A stretch of DNA of 64,000 nt from an uncultured bacterium (GCA_963720265.1 CAVRET010000002.1:814069-878068), one strand, 5' to 3'. Counted from the stretch's first letter, positions 26,183 through 36,408 are shown. A program made the numbers and translations. Notes: generated from the letters alone by a model not told the origin.

Positions 26183-27118
26183 ATGATGAATAACTCAGAA
26201 GATTCTACGCCAGACCATCGCAAGAGAATCCCACCAGTAGGCGTAGAGCAAGGTGGGACAGCCCCACAAAAGGAACCCGCCCCCAAGCATGACGGTTACG
26301 TGGCCACAAGCGGTTACGCCATCGCGTCCTTAACGCTTGGCATTCTCGGCTTCATCTTACTGCCCGTTATTGGCTCAATACTTGCGGTAGTATTCGGCAT
26401 ACTCGGTCTGCGCAGGATTAAACGATCGAACGGGCAAGTAACAGGAAGAGGTCTCGCCAAGGCCGGCCTATGGCTGGGATTTGTTCCCCTAGCAGGCGGT
26501 TTATTGGCCGTATGTGTCATATATGGCATGCGTCTTACTGGCTATGTCGAATTAAAGTCGGCATCGGCCAAGGCGTATAGCGCTGCCGCCGTCAAAGCTC
26601 CGTCAGGGAGTTTGGCCATATCATCCTCGCAGGCGCCCGCACCGACACCGACACCGGCCGTCACGCAGGGTGCGAGCGAAGCCTCCGTGGCGAACCAACT
26701 AAACACGCTTCTTGCCCAATCAGCTCAAGGACGAAAAATTTCCGTCAACACAGTTGCCCAACTAGCCAACTGTTCAATTACGCCTCAACAAGCAGAGCAA
26801 GAATTTAACCAAACCATTTCGATACGACAACAGGTTGAATCCCAACTTCAGACCCTAGCCCAATCGGGCTACCTAGGAACTGTCATTCAGACCGCAGAAT
26901 CGGCCATGAACATCTCGATTACTGCAAATACCGATTATCTTAGCTGGGCCGAGGACATGGATGCTTCCGGATGTACGACTAATTCCGGTGACACAAATTA
27001 CACGGCCGGCAATACGGCCTCGGATCAAGCTACCACGATAAAAGCGACGCTGGCCGGGCAATGGCTGCCGTTCGCCAAAGAGTACAACCTGACCCAGTGG
27101 TCGGGCGACCAAATATAG
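26183..27118 (+). CDS. DUF4190 domain membrane protein with Ser/Thr/Gln-rich extracellular domain
   Basis: AIASLTLGILGFILLPVIGSILAVVFGILGLRRIKRSNGQVTGRGLAKAGLWLG is the DUF4190 signature. Confidence 0.6.
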   Translation: MMNNSEDSTPDHRKRIPPVGVEQGGTAPQKEPAPKHDGYVATSGYAIASLTLGILGFILLPVIGSILAVVFGILGLRRIKRSNGQVTGRGLAKAGLWLGFVPLAGGLLAVCVIYGMRLTGYVELKSASAKAYSAAAVKAPSGSLAISSSQAPAPTPTPAVTQGASEASVANQLNTLLAQSAQGRKISVNTVAQLANCSITPQQAEQEFNQTISIRQQVESQLQTLAQSGYLGTVIQTAESAMNISITANTDYLSWAEDMDASGCTTNSGDTNYTAGNTASDQATTIKATLAGQWLPFAKEYNLTQWSGDQI

Positions 27119-27136
27119 CCAAGAGCGGCCGTGTAG

Positions 27137-29590
27137 TTATCGTAGGTCTGCCACGATCTGCTGGCCACTCGGGCTAAGGTAGGGTCGAAGAGAATCCCAG
27201 CTAATAGTAGTCGCGTGCTCGCCGCATGCCACATCTGCGACTTGTCCGGTCACAAATCCTATGACAATGCCCTCGGTCGTCAGCGCAAAGTAGTTATAAT
27301 TTTGCTCAGTAGGTGCGAACTGTGCAGCTTCTACGGGCCCAGACATCGGATCGCTTAATCCCTGCGCTACACATCCAACGCTATTGGTAAGCTGATTTCG
27401 GGCAATTGCAGAGATTACCGATAAGGCTTGAGACTGGTTTGTAAACAGATTCGACAACTTTATTGGCTGCGCAGACGGCACCTTGAGCGTGACCGGTATC
27501 CACCATACGTCATGCTCGCCGCCATTTTCGTTGCTTACGGGTATCAATACACTCACTACAGCCGTGCTAGCTGACACGACAAGTTCGGCATCGGGGTCAT
27601 TGACCTGCGCGCTGGGTCCCGAGTAGTAGAAGCATCCTCCGTCGCTGCAGCCAGGGTTGCTTGGCTGCAGTTTTGCTACTCCGGTACTAAGTTGATCCTC
27701 ATCTTTCTTTGAAGCTTCGTAAAGCGCTTTATTCACAGCTTCTAGGTTAGAAGCTCCGGTTATCTGAACATAGTTAGCATTAATTGAGTATTGCCCATTT
27801 GGGAACTTAACCGAATTATCGTGAACAAACTTGTATCCTAACTTCCGAACGCTGGTACTGGCATTATTGTTATTTGTTGACCCCAGCGAGTAATCATCCA
27901 CCACGCCATAATCCCATGAGTCTTGATATAACTGGACAACATTGAGGCTCAGATTTATAGCCGGGACCCCCTCGTCAATGGCAAGCTTTACCGCAGCGAC
28001 CGGTGCCGCAAGCGAATCCAACAGAATATTCGTCGTAGCGCTTGAAATAATATCCGTTGCGTTGTCGGCCAAATTATTAAAGGCATATTTAATCATGGCG
28101 GAGCGCATCCCTTTATCTGTCAGCGTTTCACCACTCAGTTGTGCAAGATATTGAGCTACCAGCGCTGCGCGCTGGGATGCCGAGAGCTGACTAGCGTTTG
28201 TCATGGCAGTGGTGAGCTGCCCAATGGCTTGTTGGTTGTTCTGGACAAAATCGAGTACAGCCTGCACCAATCCCTCCTGCTGGCTGGGATCAGCCGAATC
28301 ACTCTTGGTATCAAGTGCCATACTTATGAGAGGAATAGCGACTTGAGTTGCAATGGTCATAACTGTCGAGCCACCAAATCTCACAGCCGTCAGCCCTTGG
28401 ACGGACTCATCCGATCTGGGGAATCCGGTGGATACTTCGCTCAACGTGCGCTGACTGGAGCTATCAGGCAAAACAGCGGTGACCTGAGTATTTTGGTCCC
28501 AAGCTTTCATCGCATCCATAAGCTGTTGTTGTATCGGTTCCGGGTTGGATTGTACCTTTAGGCCGATAAGGCTCCCCAGTTGCCCTACGCTTTGGAGAGC
28601 ACTTTGCGCTGACAGTTTCGTAATAGTTTCCACTAATTGTTCGACCGTTGGTAAAGCCCATGTTTTGGGCGCGGCAATAGCTGCGGGAACCAGATCCGAA
28701 CTGCCCAAGTAATAAAGCCCCCAGCGTTCAGTGTGATTCGTCAGCTGCAAAATATTACTGCCGGTAAGTTTGAGGCACACCCCGTCAATCTCTTTGTCAT
28801 ACACCTCTTTAAGGTGCGAATCGTTTTCGTCACAGGACGAACCAAACGCCGGCCGCGACGAATCCGATGATGTCGAAGTCGATGAGTCACTGTCGGCATA
28901 GGCATCAGGAACCAAAGTATCAAGCCAGCTGGACTTTGGCGCTAAGCTAACCTGGTGACTTGTGATGTAGTTATTAGCCTGGACGATAAAAGCTCCTTCA
29001 ACCGCGTCCAGGTCGGAAACTACTGTGGCATCCGGATGGGCAAGATATGACGGATCCGCGGCGGCCTGCGCTGCCAAGTCATTGGTAAGCGTAACAAGTT
29101 CTGGAGTTTTGGCCACCAAACCTAGCTCAACCGTAGCGACAATGGGATTAGGTTGACTCATGCCCGGGCTTGAAGCTACCAGCGCCAGCGCAGTACTACG
29201 GAAGTCAATAGATACCGGCGTCGTCTTAAATGCCTGAGCGTCTTTCGGCACTACCGTCATGCCGACTAACTGCCCTTGCGGCGTCACGGCTGTAGCAATA
29301 CCTGTTGTGATGGTGCTAGCAGGTACGGAAAATCCTTGAGATCCGTGAACCGTTTGGCGCGAACGATCGCCAAAACCAATGCTCAGATCCGCTTGGCTGT
29401 AGCGGCCCAGGCTGACACTACCGTGATAAAGGGCCGTGGGATCAGGATTGCGATGAAACCACAGCACAATCCCCCAAACCATTGTCAGCCCCATAATGCT
29501 CACGACTGCAAGAAAGCCTTTTGACTTTAGGAAAGGCTTCAGTCGCGAACCGTGCCATTTCGATGGGCTGTCTTGTGGTTGCATATTCAT
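27137..29590 (-). CDS. large (817 aa) membrane-anchored extracellular protein, hypothetical
   Basis: Single N-terminal TM helix (FLAVVSIMGLTMVWGIVLWF), then a roughly 770-aa polar extracellular region. Confidence 0.55.
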   Translation of the reverse strand: MNMQPQDSPSKWHGSRLKPFLKSKGFLAVVSIMGLTMVWGIVLWFHRNPDPTALYHGSVSLGRYSQADLSIGFGDRSRQTVHGSQGFSVPASTITTGIATAVTPQGQLVGMTVVPKDAQAFKTTPVSIDFRSTALALVASSPGMSQPNPIVATVELGLVAKTPELVTLTNDLAAQAAADPSYLAHPDATVVSDLDAVEGAFIVQANNYITSHQVSLAPKSSWLDTLVPDAYADSDSSTSTSSDSSRPAFGSSCDENDSHLKEVYDKEIDGVCLKLTGSNILQLTNHTERWGLYYLGSSDLVPAAIAAPKTWALPTVEQLVETITKLSAQSALQSVGQLGSLIGLKVQSNPEPIQQQLMDAMKAWDQNTQVTAVLPDSSSQRTLSEVSTGFPRSDESVQGLTAVRFGGSTVMTIATQVAIPLISMALDTKSDSADPSQQEGLVQAVLDFVQNNQQAIGQLTTAMTNASQLSASQRAALVAQYLAQLSGETLTDKGMRSAMIKYAFNNLADNATDIISSATTNILLDSLAAPVAAVKLAIDEGVPAINLSLNVVQLYQDSWDYGVVDDYSLGSTNNNNASTSVRKLGYKFVHDNSVKFPNGQYSINANYVQITGASNLEAVNKALYEASKKDEDQLSTGVAKLQPSNPGCSDGGCFYYSGPSAQVNDPDAELVVSASTAVVSVLIPVSNENGGEHDVWWIPVTLKVPSAQPIKLSNLFTNQSQALSVISAIARNQLTNSVGCVAQGLSDPMSGPVEAAQFAPTEQNYNYFALTTEGIVIGFVTGQVADVACGEHATTISWDSLRPYLSPSGQQIVADLR

Positions 29591-29746
29591 GGTTATGAAG
29601 ATAAAAGCCAGCTCCTTTTAAGAATCATACCGCCTTAGCTTCGGCGCATAAACGGCTCTTGGCTTCATAAGAGGATAGCGTGTAGCATAAGGACAAGAAA
29701 AACAAAAGTGTTTTCGCACAGCAGGTATCACGAGAAAGAGTAGTTT

Positions 29747-30538
29747 ATGGACAACCGTCAGGACAGGCCACACCGCCAGCCTCTTCCACCAGCGACAACC
29801 GCCGACTATGCTTCGACGCGACACCATGGACCTTCGGATGACCACCAGCGGCCTGCAAATACTACTACCAATGCGCTTGCCATCACGTCACTGACTGTCG
29901 GCATTATCGGCTCGTTAGTGCTACCGGTGGTTGGACCCATTCTCGCAATAGTCTTTGGGGCAATTGCTTTAACCCAAATCCGCCAATCAGGCCAGCCAGG
30001 GCGTAACCTAGCAAAATGGGGACTTGGTTTAGGCATTTTCTCGCTATCAATGACAATAATTGCCATTTCAGCTGCCATCTTCTTCTTTGTTAAAGGTCAC
30101 TCCAGTAAGCCGCACCCTACGGCAAATGCGGCCACCTCAACCTCGGTAAACTCGGGCTCCCAGGCGTCGACCTCAACCGATGACTCGTCTACTACCATTA
30201 ATCAGGCAGAGGAGAGCGTACGAGACTCACAACGCTCAACGGATCTGAACACGATTCAAAAGGGCCTTGAAGAATACTTCGTCGATAACAATCAGTACCC
30301 GGACACCCTGTCCGAACTGACCATCGGCGATACCCCGATCATGGATTCCATCCCAACCGACCCCCTCAACAGCGGCCCATATGTCTACATCTACACGCCA
30401 GCTAACTCAAATACCACGTATACGCTTGATGCATGTCTGGAGAACTCACAGGATGCCGCTTCGATAGACAGTAGCGATCTCACGTCCGCTGTGCCGCCGT
30501 GCACTACGGAAACTATTCAGCTAGTAAATCAAAACTAA
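29747..30538 (+). CDS. DUF4190 domain protein fused to pseudopilin (GspG/type IV pilin)-like C-terminal domain
   Basis: N-terminal DUF4190 (ALAITSLTVGIIGSLVLPVVGPILAIVFGAIALTQIRQSG). The C-terminus has RSTDLNTIQKGLEEYFVDNNQYPDTL...DPLNSGPYVYIYTP, resembling the conserved pilin and pseudopilin globular head. Confidence 0.55.
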   Translation: MDNRQDRPHRQPLPPATTADYASTRHHGPSDDHQRPANTTTNALAITSLTVGIIGSLVLPVVGPILAIVFGAIALTQIRQSGQPGRNLAKWGLGLGIFSLSMTIIAISAAIFFFVKGHSSKPHPTANAATSTSVNSGSQASTSTDDSSTTINQAEESVRDSQRSTDLNTIQKGLEEYFVDNNQYPDTLSELTIGDTPIMDSIPTDPLNSGPYVYIYTPANSNTTYTLDACLENSQDAASIDSSDLTSAVPPCTTETIQLVNQN

Positions 30539-30636
30539 ACCGCTTACCGATTGAAGCCGTCTACACCCATGCCAGGAATACGGGCCTGTCCTTTTGAGCT
30601 TGTGCTAAATCTCGTATAATCGCCGTAGAGGACAGC

Positions 30637-31734
30637 GTGAGCAAGAAAAATGATGATTCGCCTTGGCTTGCAGTGGCCATTCTATGCTTTATAGTTTTGC
30701 CCATTTTTGTGATGTTGATGACATCATCGAACAACCCGAAGGTTCAAAATGCCAGACTCGACCTGGCGGGGATAATCTTATTAGTAATTCTGATTATAGC
30801 GGTCATAATATGGTTGTCGTATCTTGTGTACGTGAAGCGAGAATTTCTCAAAAAGCTAGCCGTATATTCCTACAGACAGCTCATGAGTGTCAGAACTGAA
30901 GGGTTGGCAGAAGTATTAACTACCAAGGACAATCTTCGTGCATTTTGTGTAGTCCTGGCGATAGTAGTATTTCTTCCCGTTAGTCTTTTATTGTCATTAT
31001 TCATTCCGGCCCACCTCTGGATTCTCAGCTGCCTACTCGTCCTCGTTGTTGTTGTACCCGCCGCGAGTATCGCCGCGGCCAAATATGAGCCGTTAGTAGA
31101 GTATTTTGCTGCTAACGGCTTCAAGCAGCGAATACGCTTCGAAAAAACCTATAAAGTCAGATGGCTTAGCAAAGAGTTCGATGAATTTGTAGGCCAGGAC
31201 CTCATAGATCTCAGAAACGATGCTTATGCGCTAGCAAGCCTCTGGCAATCTAGTCCCAGCGTTCCAACGGTACATGATTATTCATTCATCGTCGTGCCAA
31301 TGTCAAAAGCATATGAAGGATTCTTAAAAAAAATACTCATGCGTTATGGCGTGGTAGAGGAACTTAAGTTCGCAGAAAAGCCAGACGAAAGCATTAACAA
31401 GTACTTTAACCCAAAAGACGGAACCAGCGAGAAAATCTATATACACCTCCGCGATGCACGTCGCGACAAGGCCGTTCCGCATGAGATCTTCGCCACGTAT
31501 CAGGAGTATCGCAATCAGTTAGTGCACTATGACACGCATCGTGACACGCGCGTATCCACGGCCGATGATGCTAAATTTATGATACGAAGGATAGAAACGG
31601 TGATACTTAGAACATATGCGGCATTAAACCCACCAGGCGATCCTCAAGCTCTACAAAGCGCACCTGCGGGATCAAGTACTGTGGCGATACCGGAATCGCT
31701 GCCTAATGAGGCAAAAAACACACAACGTGCCTAA
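30637..31734 (+). CDS. polytopic membrane protein, hypothetical
   Basis: GTG start. A TATAAT at 30615-30620 lies 17 nt upstream. Four N-terminal TM helices and a 200-aa cytoplasmic domain. Confidence 0.5.
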   Translation: MSKKNDDSPWLAVAILCFIVLPIFVMLMTSSNNPKVQNARLDLAGIILLVILIIAVIIWLSYLVYVKREFLKKLAVYSYRQLMSVRTEGLAEVLTTKDNLRAFCVVLAIVVFLPVSLLLSLFIPAHLWILSCLLVLVVVVPAASIAAAKYEPLVEYFAANGFKQRIRFEKTYKVRWLSKEFDEFVGQDLIDLRNDAYALASLWQSSPSVPTVHDYSFIVVPMSKAYEGFLKKILMRYGVVEELKFAEKPDESINKYFNPKDGTSEKIYIHLRDARRDKAVPHEIFATYQEYRNQLVHYDTHRDTRVSTADDAKFMIRRIETVILRTYAALNPPGDPQALQSAPAGSSTVAIPESLPNEAKNTQRA

Positions 31735-31784
31735 GGGGCGCATGTGTGTGTTTTTTGCTGGTCACTACAGCTATCCATGCACTT

Positions 31785-31973
31785 TCAGCCCAACCACCGA
31801 GTCATAGTGTAGGTAATGTACAGAGCCACAAAGAACCCTGACATTATCAGCCAAAACGGCCAATCTATAACTAGTTCCCAGGTGATAGAGCCTCTAATAA
31901 CTTTGGATCGCTGCGCGTCCGGTTTTGGCCTGCGCACCCTCGCATTACCATTAGTTGAGTTCAATCGAGTCAT
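31785..31973 (-). CDS. small (62 aa) membrane protein, hypothetical
   Basis: ATG at 31973 with GGAAGGAG at an 8-nt spacing. C-terminal hydrophobic helix WPFWLIMSGFFVALYITY. Confidence 0.35.
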   Translation of the reverse strand: MTRLNSTNGNARVRRPKPDAQRSKVIRGSITWELVIDWPFWLIMSGFFVALYITYTMTRWLG

Positions 31974-32400
31974 TTTTGACTCTCCTTCCTCTAACCATTT
32001 AGTGTGAAGTCGGTTAGAAAACCTGATCACATAGAAATGGCTCACTTCAGGCGCGCATTATGAAAGAACGTTTGCTCTTCCTGCCCGACAGGCGTCGCCG
32101 CATGTCACATGCATATTAACATAATCATTTCAGCACACCCGCAACGCAGAAGCTATATCAGTCGGCCCCCAAATCATCCTCATTAATGGCCAAGCTCTCG
32201 CTGACCACATGATAAATCTCTGCTTAGGTGTTTCCATCCCAGACACCTACAATGTTTACAAAGTTGACGCCGATTTCTTCAGCGAATCGTAGCCTATTTT
32301 TTAGTTTGCTTGCTCGGAGTCACCGGCTTCAAAGTGGCAGACGGTAACACCTGGTGGTACCGGATTGCGTCCGGTCCTTGGAATAACGCCTACTACGAAC

Positions 32401-33210
32401 TCATTGCATATCTCCAACCCGCCGCAAACAGATAAGCAGACAGGCCAGATCAACAAAGGCCTGAAACATGCTTTTCTTTCGTTCCCACCGGTAACGTAAC
32501 TTACGGAAGTATTTTAGCCAGGCATTAGTGCGCTCGACAAAGGCCCGGAATTTGGCCGTTGCTTTGTCGTAACTGGGCTTGCGGCCGCGTTTGCGCCGCT
32601 TCTTGAATATGCGCTCAGGGATATTGGCCTTAATGCCGCGCTTACGTAAGGCAGTCCGGAAGGTACGAGAGTCGTACCCTTTGTCGGCGTTGAGTTGTTT
32701 AACCCGCCGCTTAGCACCCACGCGAATCTTCCGGATAGTGGCCTCGGCATTGGTCGGGTCATGACGGTTGCCTTTAGCCAGGACGTTGGCCAGTGGCAAG
32801 CCTTGTTTGTCAGTCACAAGCGAAATATTGGTGCCAGTCCGGTGGTGTTTGCCGGAGTAACCAGTGCCATCCTTAAAAGCCGGTGACTGGACGAGCGAAC
32901 CATCTAACGCGCCGAGTGACAGGTCGACTTTGCCTTGCCGGTCGAGCAGTCCGAGAACCTCACGCCAAGTCCCGACCAGCGCTCCTCGGCCACGCCAAAA
33001 GCTGAGTCGGCGCCAGCAGGTGCTGGGGTCATGCGGACAGATGGTAGTTGGGATATCCTGCCACCGGCTGCCAGTTTTGAGCACAAACAAAATACCACCG
33101 AGTAGCTCTTCGTTTGCCACCGGCGGCTTGGTCTTGGCTACGGGCGCAGGTAGTGCCTGGGATAGCCATTGGTATTGTTGCGGTACCAAGTAGAAGGTAC
33201 GCTTTGACAT
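32401..33210 (-). CDS. IS5-family (IS427/IS1031-group-like) DDE transposase, apparently intact single ORF
   Basis: N-terminal DUF4096-like helix region, LNADKGYDS, and C-terminal ERTNAWLKYFRKLRYRWERKKSMFQAFVDLACLLICLRR, which is diagnostic of the IS5 family. Element ends not resolved by eye. Confidence 0.8.
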   Translation of the reverse strand: MSKRTFYLVPQQYQWLSQALPAPVAKTKPPVANEELLGGILFVLKTGSRWQDIPTTICPHDPSTCWRRLSFWRGRGALVGTWREVLGLLDRQGKVDLSLGALDGSLVQSPAFKDGTGYSGKHHRTGTNISLVTDKQGLPLANVLAKGNRHDPTNAEATIRKIRVGAKRRVKQLNADKGYDSRTFRTALRKRGIKANIPERIFKKRRKRGRKPSYDKATAKFRAFVERTNAWLKYFRKLRYRWERKKSMFQAFVDLACLLICLRRVGDMQ

Positions 33211-33392
33211 GGGTAGTTTTTCCTTTTGTTTTCCTTAAGAGGAATACTACCCGCTGAAATTATTGGAACTCAAGAACTCGGTTCAAACCTAATCATCGCC
33301 GCCCTTGCGGACCCTCATTATGGCTAAACTATGCGCTAGCCCAGGACGTGCCGCAAGGGTGAAAGATATGCAATGGGTTCTACAAAAGTCGC

Positions 33393-33659
33393 TCAATATA
33401 CCTGATTATGCGAGCCAATATCTAGCAGCAAGTAATGATCTTCGGTCTCCTGATATACAACGCGCACATCTCCTCCTACTGAAAAAGCTCGAAGCCCTTG
33501 GAGCTTTCCCGTGAGTGGATGATCATTCAATGGCTCGCGTCTCACTCCATGGCGGAATAGCTCCAGGTGTTGTTTAAAACGATCTATCATTTTTGGCTGG
33601 CGAGCGTAACGCAGCTTGAGATGCTTTTGGAATTGCCGGGAATATTCAATTGGCTTCAT
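33393..33659 (-). CDS. type II toxin RelE/ParE family
   Basis: 88 aa basic protein (KLQGLRAFSVGGDVRVVYQETEDHYLLLDIGSHNQVY), overlapping the upstream antitoxin ORF by 14 nt. Confidence 0.75.
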   Translation of the reverse strand: MKPIEYSRQFQKHLKLRYARQPKMIDRFKQHLELFRHGVRREPLNDHPLTGKLQGLRAFSVGGDVRVVYQETEDHYLLLDIGSHNQVY

Positions 33660-33948
33660 CCGACAGCAGATCTTTCATGAAGTCGTCGACATCGTCGTAG
33701 ATCTTTACCTTGCCTTGACGGCGGAGGTCTTCATGTTCACTAATCTGCTGAGCATATCGGGCTTCGGCTTCAGGGCTGAGTCGCACCGATTCCTCGAGAT
33801 TGACCCTCCTGCCATCGACGTCGGCCTTGGCCAAGAAGCGAATATAGGCCTGGAGTGAGTCAAAGCCATTGCGGTGGGCGAAGTTTTCCCACTCATCGCG
33901 AATATCTTTATCTAGTGGTACTTGTAATTTAACTGTACTCATGCTCAT
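33646..33948 (-). CDS. cognate antitoxin (RelB/DinJ-like)
   Basis: 100-aa acidic protein immediately upstream of and overlapping the RelE-like gene. A promoter-like TTGACA lies at 33975-33980 (minus strand). Confidence 0.55.
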   Translation of the reverse strand: MSMSTVKLQVPLDKDIRDEWENFAHRNGFDSLQAYIRFLAKADVDGRRVNLEESVRLSPEAEARYAQQISEHEDLRRQGKVKIYDDVDDFMKDLLSDEAN

Positions 33949-33968
33949 AGAGTATCAAAGAAGTATAA

Positions 33969-34133
33969 TTATGTCAATGCCGTGCCTAAACTTTGTATAA
34001 AGCAAGCATAAGTGCCTTGGTGGGGCGTGAGGATAAGATGGCTGCCTCTTTGCCTAAGCTCGACGAAGCCACATTTCTTTAAGACTTTAACGACTTGGTC
34101 GGGCGATAGACTTGGTAGTGAGCCGTCGGGCAT
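33969..34133 (-). pseudogene. hicA toxin, 3'-truncated (diverges after SHLIL at the conserved-motif junction)
   Basis: The first 35 aa, MPDGSLPSLSPDQVVKVLKKCGFVELRQRGSHLIL, are about 85% identical to intact hicA at 43324-43560. The C-terminus is replaced by the antisense translation of the recurring motif AGCATAAGTGCCTTGGTGG (34005-34025). Confidence 0.6.
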
Positions 34134-34357
34134 TAAATAGCAACCTGGACACGGCCCTGCCAAATGTGGTCTTGGGGTAGTTCCTTGTGTTCGCTCTTCA
34201 ACGACTCAAGATATAGTTCGATAGCTTCGGTAATATTGATCTCGGCTTCTTCAAGGGTATTACCCTGGCTATAGCAGCCAGGCAGCGCAGGTACAGATGC
34301 CACAAAGCCACCTTCTGGATCGGCCTCATATATAACTGTGTAAACTTGAGTTTTCAT
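34133..34357 (-). CDS. HicB family antitoxin
   Basis: 74 aa, MKTQVYTVIYEADPEGGFVASVPALPGCYSQGNTLEEA. It is 90% identical to 43560-43784. The stop overlaps the hicA start by 1 nt. Confidence 0.8.
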   Translation of the reverse strand: MKTQVYTVIYEADPEGGFVASVPALPGCYSQGNTLEEAEINITEAIELYLESLKSEHKELPQDHIWQGRVQVAI

Positions 34358-34488
34358 AGATATATTTTACCATAGCAATGGTGGCTCGCCCGACTATTTC
34401 TGATTCAATTTTTTGGCTCCTTAAGGGGATAATTCCTGGTGGGGCGTAGTAGGTTCTGTTAGAACTGCGATTATGAATTCTGCGAGAC

Positions 34489-35538
34489 CTATTTGATCGA
34501 TACCCAATCATGAGTTTGGCTGCGGTGTTTTTCGGCCAAACCATGAATAAAAATGTTGAGTTTCAGCCTGGGCGTGAGCTGACCTTCCCTATCGCGATCG
34601 AACTCAATACCCCAGATTCTTGCACTGACATAATCATCGGCAACCTGGAGTTCTTCTCGTAACACCCTTTTAAGTGCATCGTCCAAAGCTTCTCCCTTGC
34701 GGACTTTGTCCATCAAATGGAGGCCGTTTTTTACGTTACGATAGAATTTGCGTTCGTGTTCGTCATCGAAGTCCCAGACATAGGGGTCAATGAAAACTTT
34801 ACGCTTGATATGGAGAGCATCGAATTGTGTATCGTTTACGAGCTTAGTTGATAGGCCATAAGATTGGTAGAAGCTTCTGGGTATAAGTCCAAGGTCGTAT
34901 TTGCGAGCAAAGTCCGCCATGGAGTCAGCGACAAGGTAGGAGAATTCTGGATTTGTCTGCTGGTTGTCTTTATCAACCACAAAGTCGAGCATAGCGTTGT
35001 TGAGGATATGGATCGACCCGTCACGCTTATGTTCTGCATAATAAGGGCTATAAATAACCAGCGCTTCGCGGCCATCACCGATTACTTCAAGACCTTCCGG
35101 GGCGAATCGAGGCGTGAAGTCAGATTGATTAAAGAACTCTGCGAGCGGTCGACTACGTCGAAAGTAACTGTGATCGAATGACAATCCAGGGTCTTGTGGT
35201 AGCCGGGCGCCGCTATGAAGATTTGAGTAGACGGCGAGCGACAACCGATTGGCGGCATAGCGGATTGAGTACATGATGTCGTCATGGCGCGGAATATCGT
35301 CTTCGTTTGATTTAAGATGAAGCATTTTGTCTTCAATCTTGAGTGCAACAAGAGCCCGTTCGTCGTAGATAAGCTGAGCCGTATCACCCTCAGATATTTT
35401 TGAGACAGACCAACGAGCTTCAATGTGACGATCCACCGGAAAGCTATTTAAAACATCGGCGAGCACGGACTTGAACTCCTCTAGCGCAGTTTCGGTGCTA
35501 GTTTCGAGCCAGTTTTGCTTAACCATAAGGTCAATCAT
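34489..35538 (-). CDS. hypothetical protein (349 aa)
   Basis: Long protein-like ORF with 42% GC. No family recognised by eye. Confidence 0.5.
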   Translation of the reverse strand: MIDLMVKQNWLETSTETALEEFKSVLADVLNSFPVDRHIEARWSVSKISEGDTAQLIYDERALVALKIEDKMLHLKSNEDDIPRHDDIMYSIRYAANRLSLAVYSNLHSGARLPQDPGLSFDHSYFRRSRPLAEFFNQSDFTPRFAPEGLEVIGDGREALVIYSPYYAEHKRDGSIHILNNAMLDFVVDKDNQQTNPEFSYLVADSMADFARKYDLGLIPRSFYQSYGLSTKLVNDTQFDALHIKRKVFIDPYVWDFDDEHERKFYRNVKNGLHLMDKVRKGEALDDALKRVLREELQVADDYVSARIWGIEFDRDREGQLTPRLKLNIFIHGLAEKHRSQTHDWVSIK

Positions 35539-35603
35539 AGAGATATTGTAGCAGGCCTTAGTATAATCTTGAGGCTACGAGCAGTAAAATAATCATAAGT
35601 GCC

Positions 35604-35909
35604 TTGGTGGGCAATGAGGCACGGCATCAGAACTTTTTGGGCGCCTCGAATGTTACCGAATTATACAATGCTTTGCAGGATTTTAAACCCAGGACCAAAA
35701 CTGAGACACGGAGGGTGCCGGCATTACAGCTATCCCCTGCTCGGCGTGGCCTCAATGTAGATAACTTGGTTGCCGACTATAATGCTGGCTGGTCTCTGCG
35801 GCAGCTGACAGACAAGCATGGTATTTGCCGGGAGACAGTGACGTTGCAGCTGCGGAAAGCCGGGGTGACAATACGACTGCGAGGTAGCAATATGCACCAT
35901 GAATGGTAA
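35604..35909 (+). CDS. repeated small HTH protein, intact copy B (101 aa)
   Basis: TTG/GTG start embedded in the conserved motif. Product ends GWSLRQLTDKHGICRETVTLQLRKAGVTIRLRG (HTH). Paralogous to 41873-42190 and to decayed copies at 38289-, 39410- and 53011-. Confidence 0.5.
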   Translation: MVGNEARHQNFLGASNVTELYNALQDFKPRTKTETRRVPALQLSPARRGLNVDNLVADYNAGWSLRQLTDKHGICRETVTLQLRKAGVTIRLRGSNMHHEW

Positions 35910-35925
35910 TTATATGTTGGTCGGA

Positions 35926-36408
35926 TTACTTGACGACTTTGGACATTCGAATGAGGTCGATTGATCCCCAAGGTGTCACCTGTCCAGTTTCGTTGAACCC
36001 GTGGTGCTCATAATACTTTTTTAGCCAGGGCGCTAGCGACATGTAGTCTAACTCTAAGAGGTTGACTTTAAGGCGTTTGGCATAGGCTTCAAGCGCGTTT
36101 ATTAGGGCGGTTCCGAGTCCGATTCCGCGGAATTGCTGTACGACCGTAAGCAATCCGAAGTGCAGACTCGACCCGTCCCGCTGCACATAGACGCAACCGA
36201 CAACTTGCATGCCGCGTTTTGCGATGTAGAATTCGCTTTCACTAATTCTTTGGCTTAGATGCTCACGGTCGGTGCGCGGCCCACCCTTGGCGGCGTCTTG
36301 GTATGCATAGGCCGCATTGATCATCGTCACGGTATCATCGATGTCTGCAGTTGTGATACGTCTTAAAGCGATGTCTTTGAACTCAAACAAGTTGGATAAT
36401 GTTGTCAC
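35926..36408 (-). CDS. GNAT family N-acetyltransferase
   Basis: VQQFRGIGLGTALINALEAYAKRLKVNLLELDY is the acetyl-CoA-binding motif A, Q/RxxGxG/A. Confidence 0.8.
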   Translation of the reverse strand: MTTLSNLFEFKDIALRRITTADIDDTVTMINAAYAYQDAAKGGPRTDREHLSQRISESEFYIAKRGMQVVGCVYVQRDGSSLHFGLLTVVQQFRGIGLGTALINALEAYAKRLKVNLLELDYMSLAPWLKKYYEHHGFNETGQVTPWGSIDLIRMSKVVK

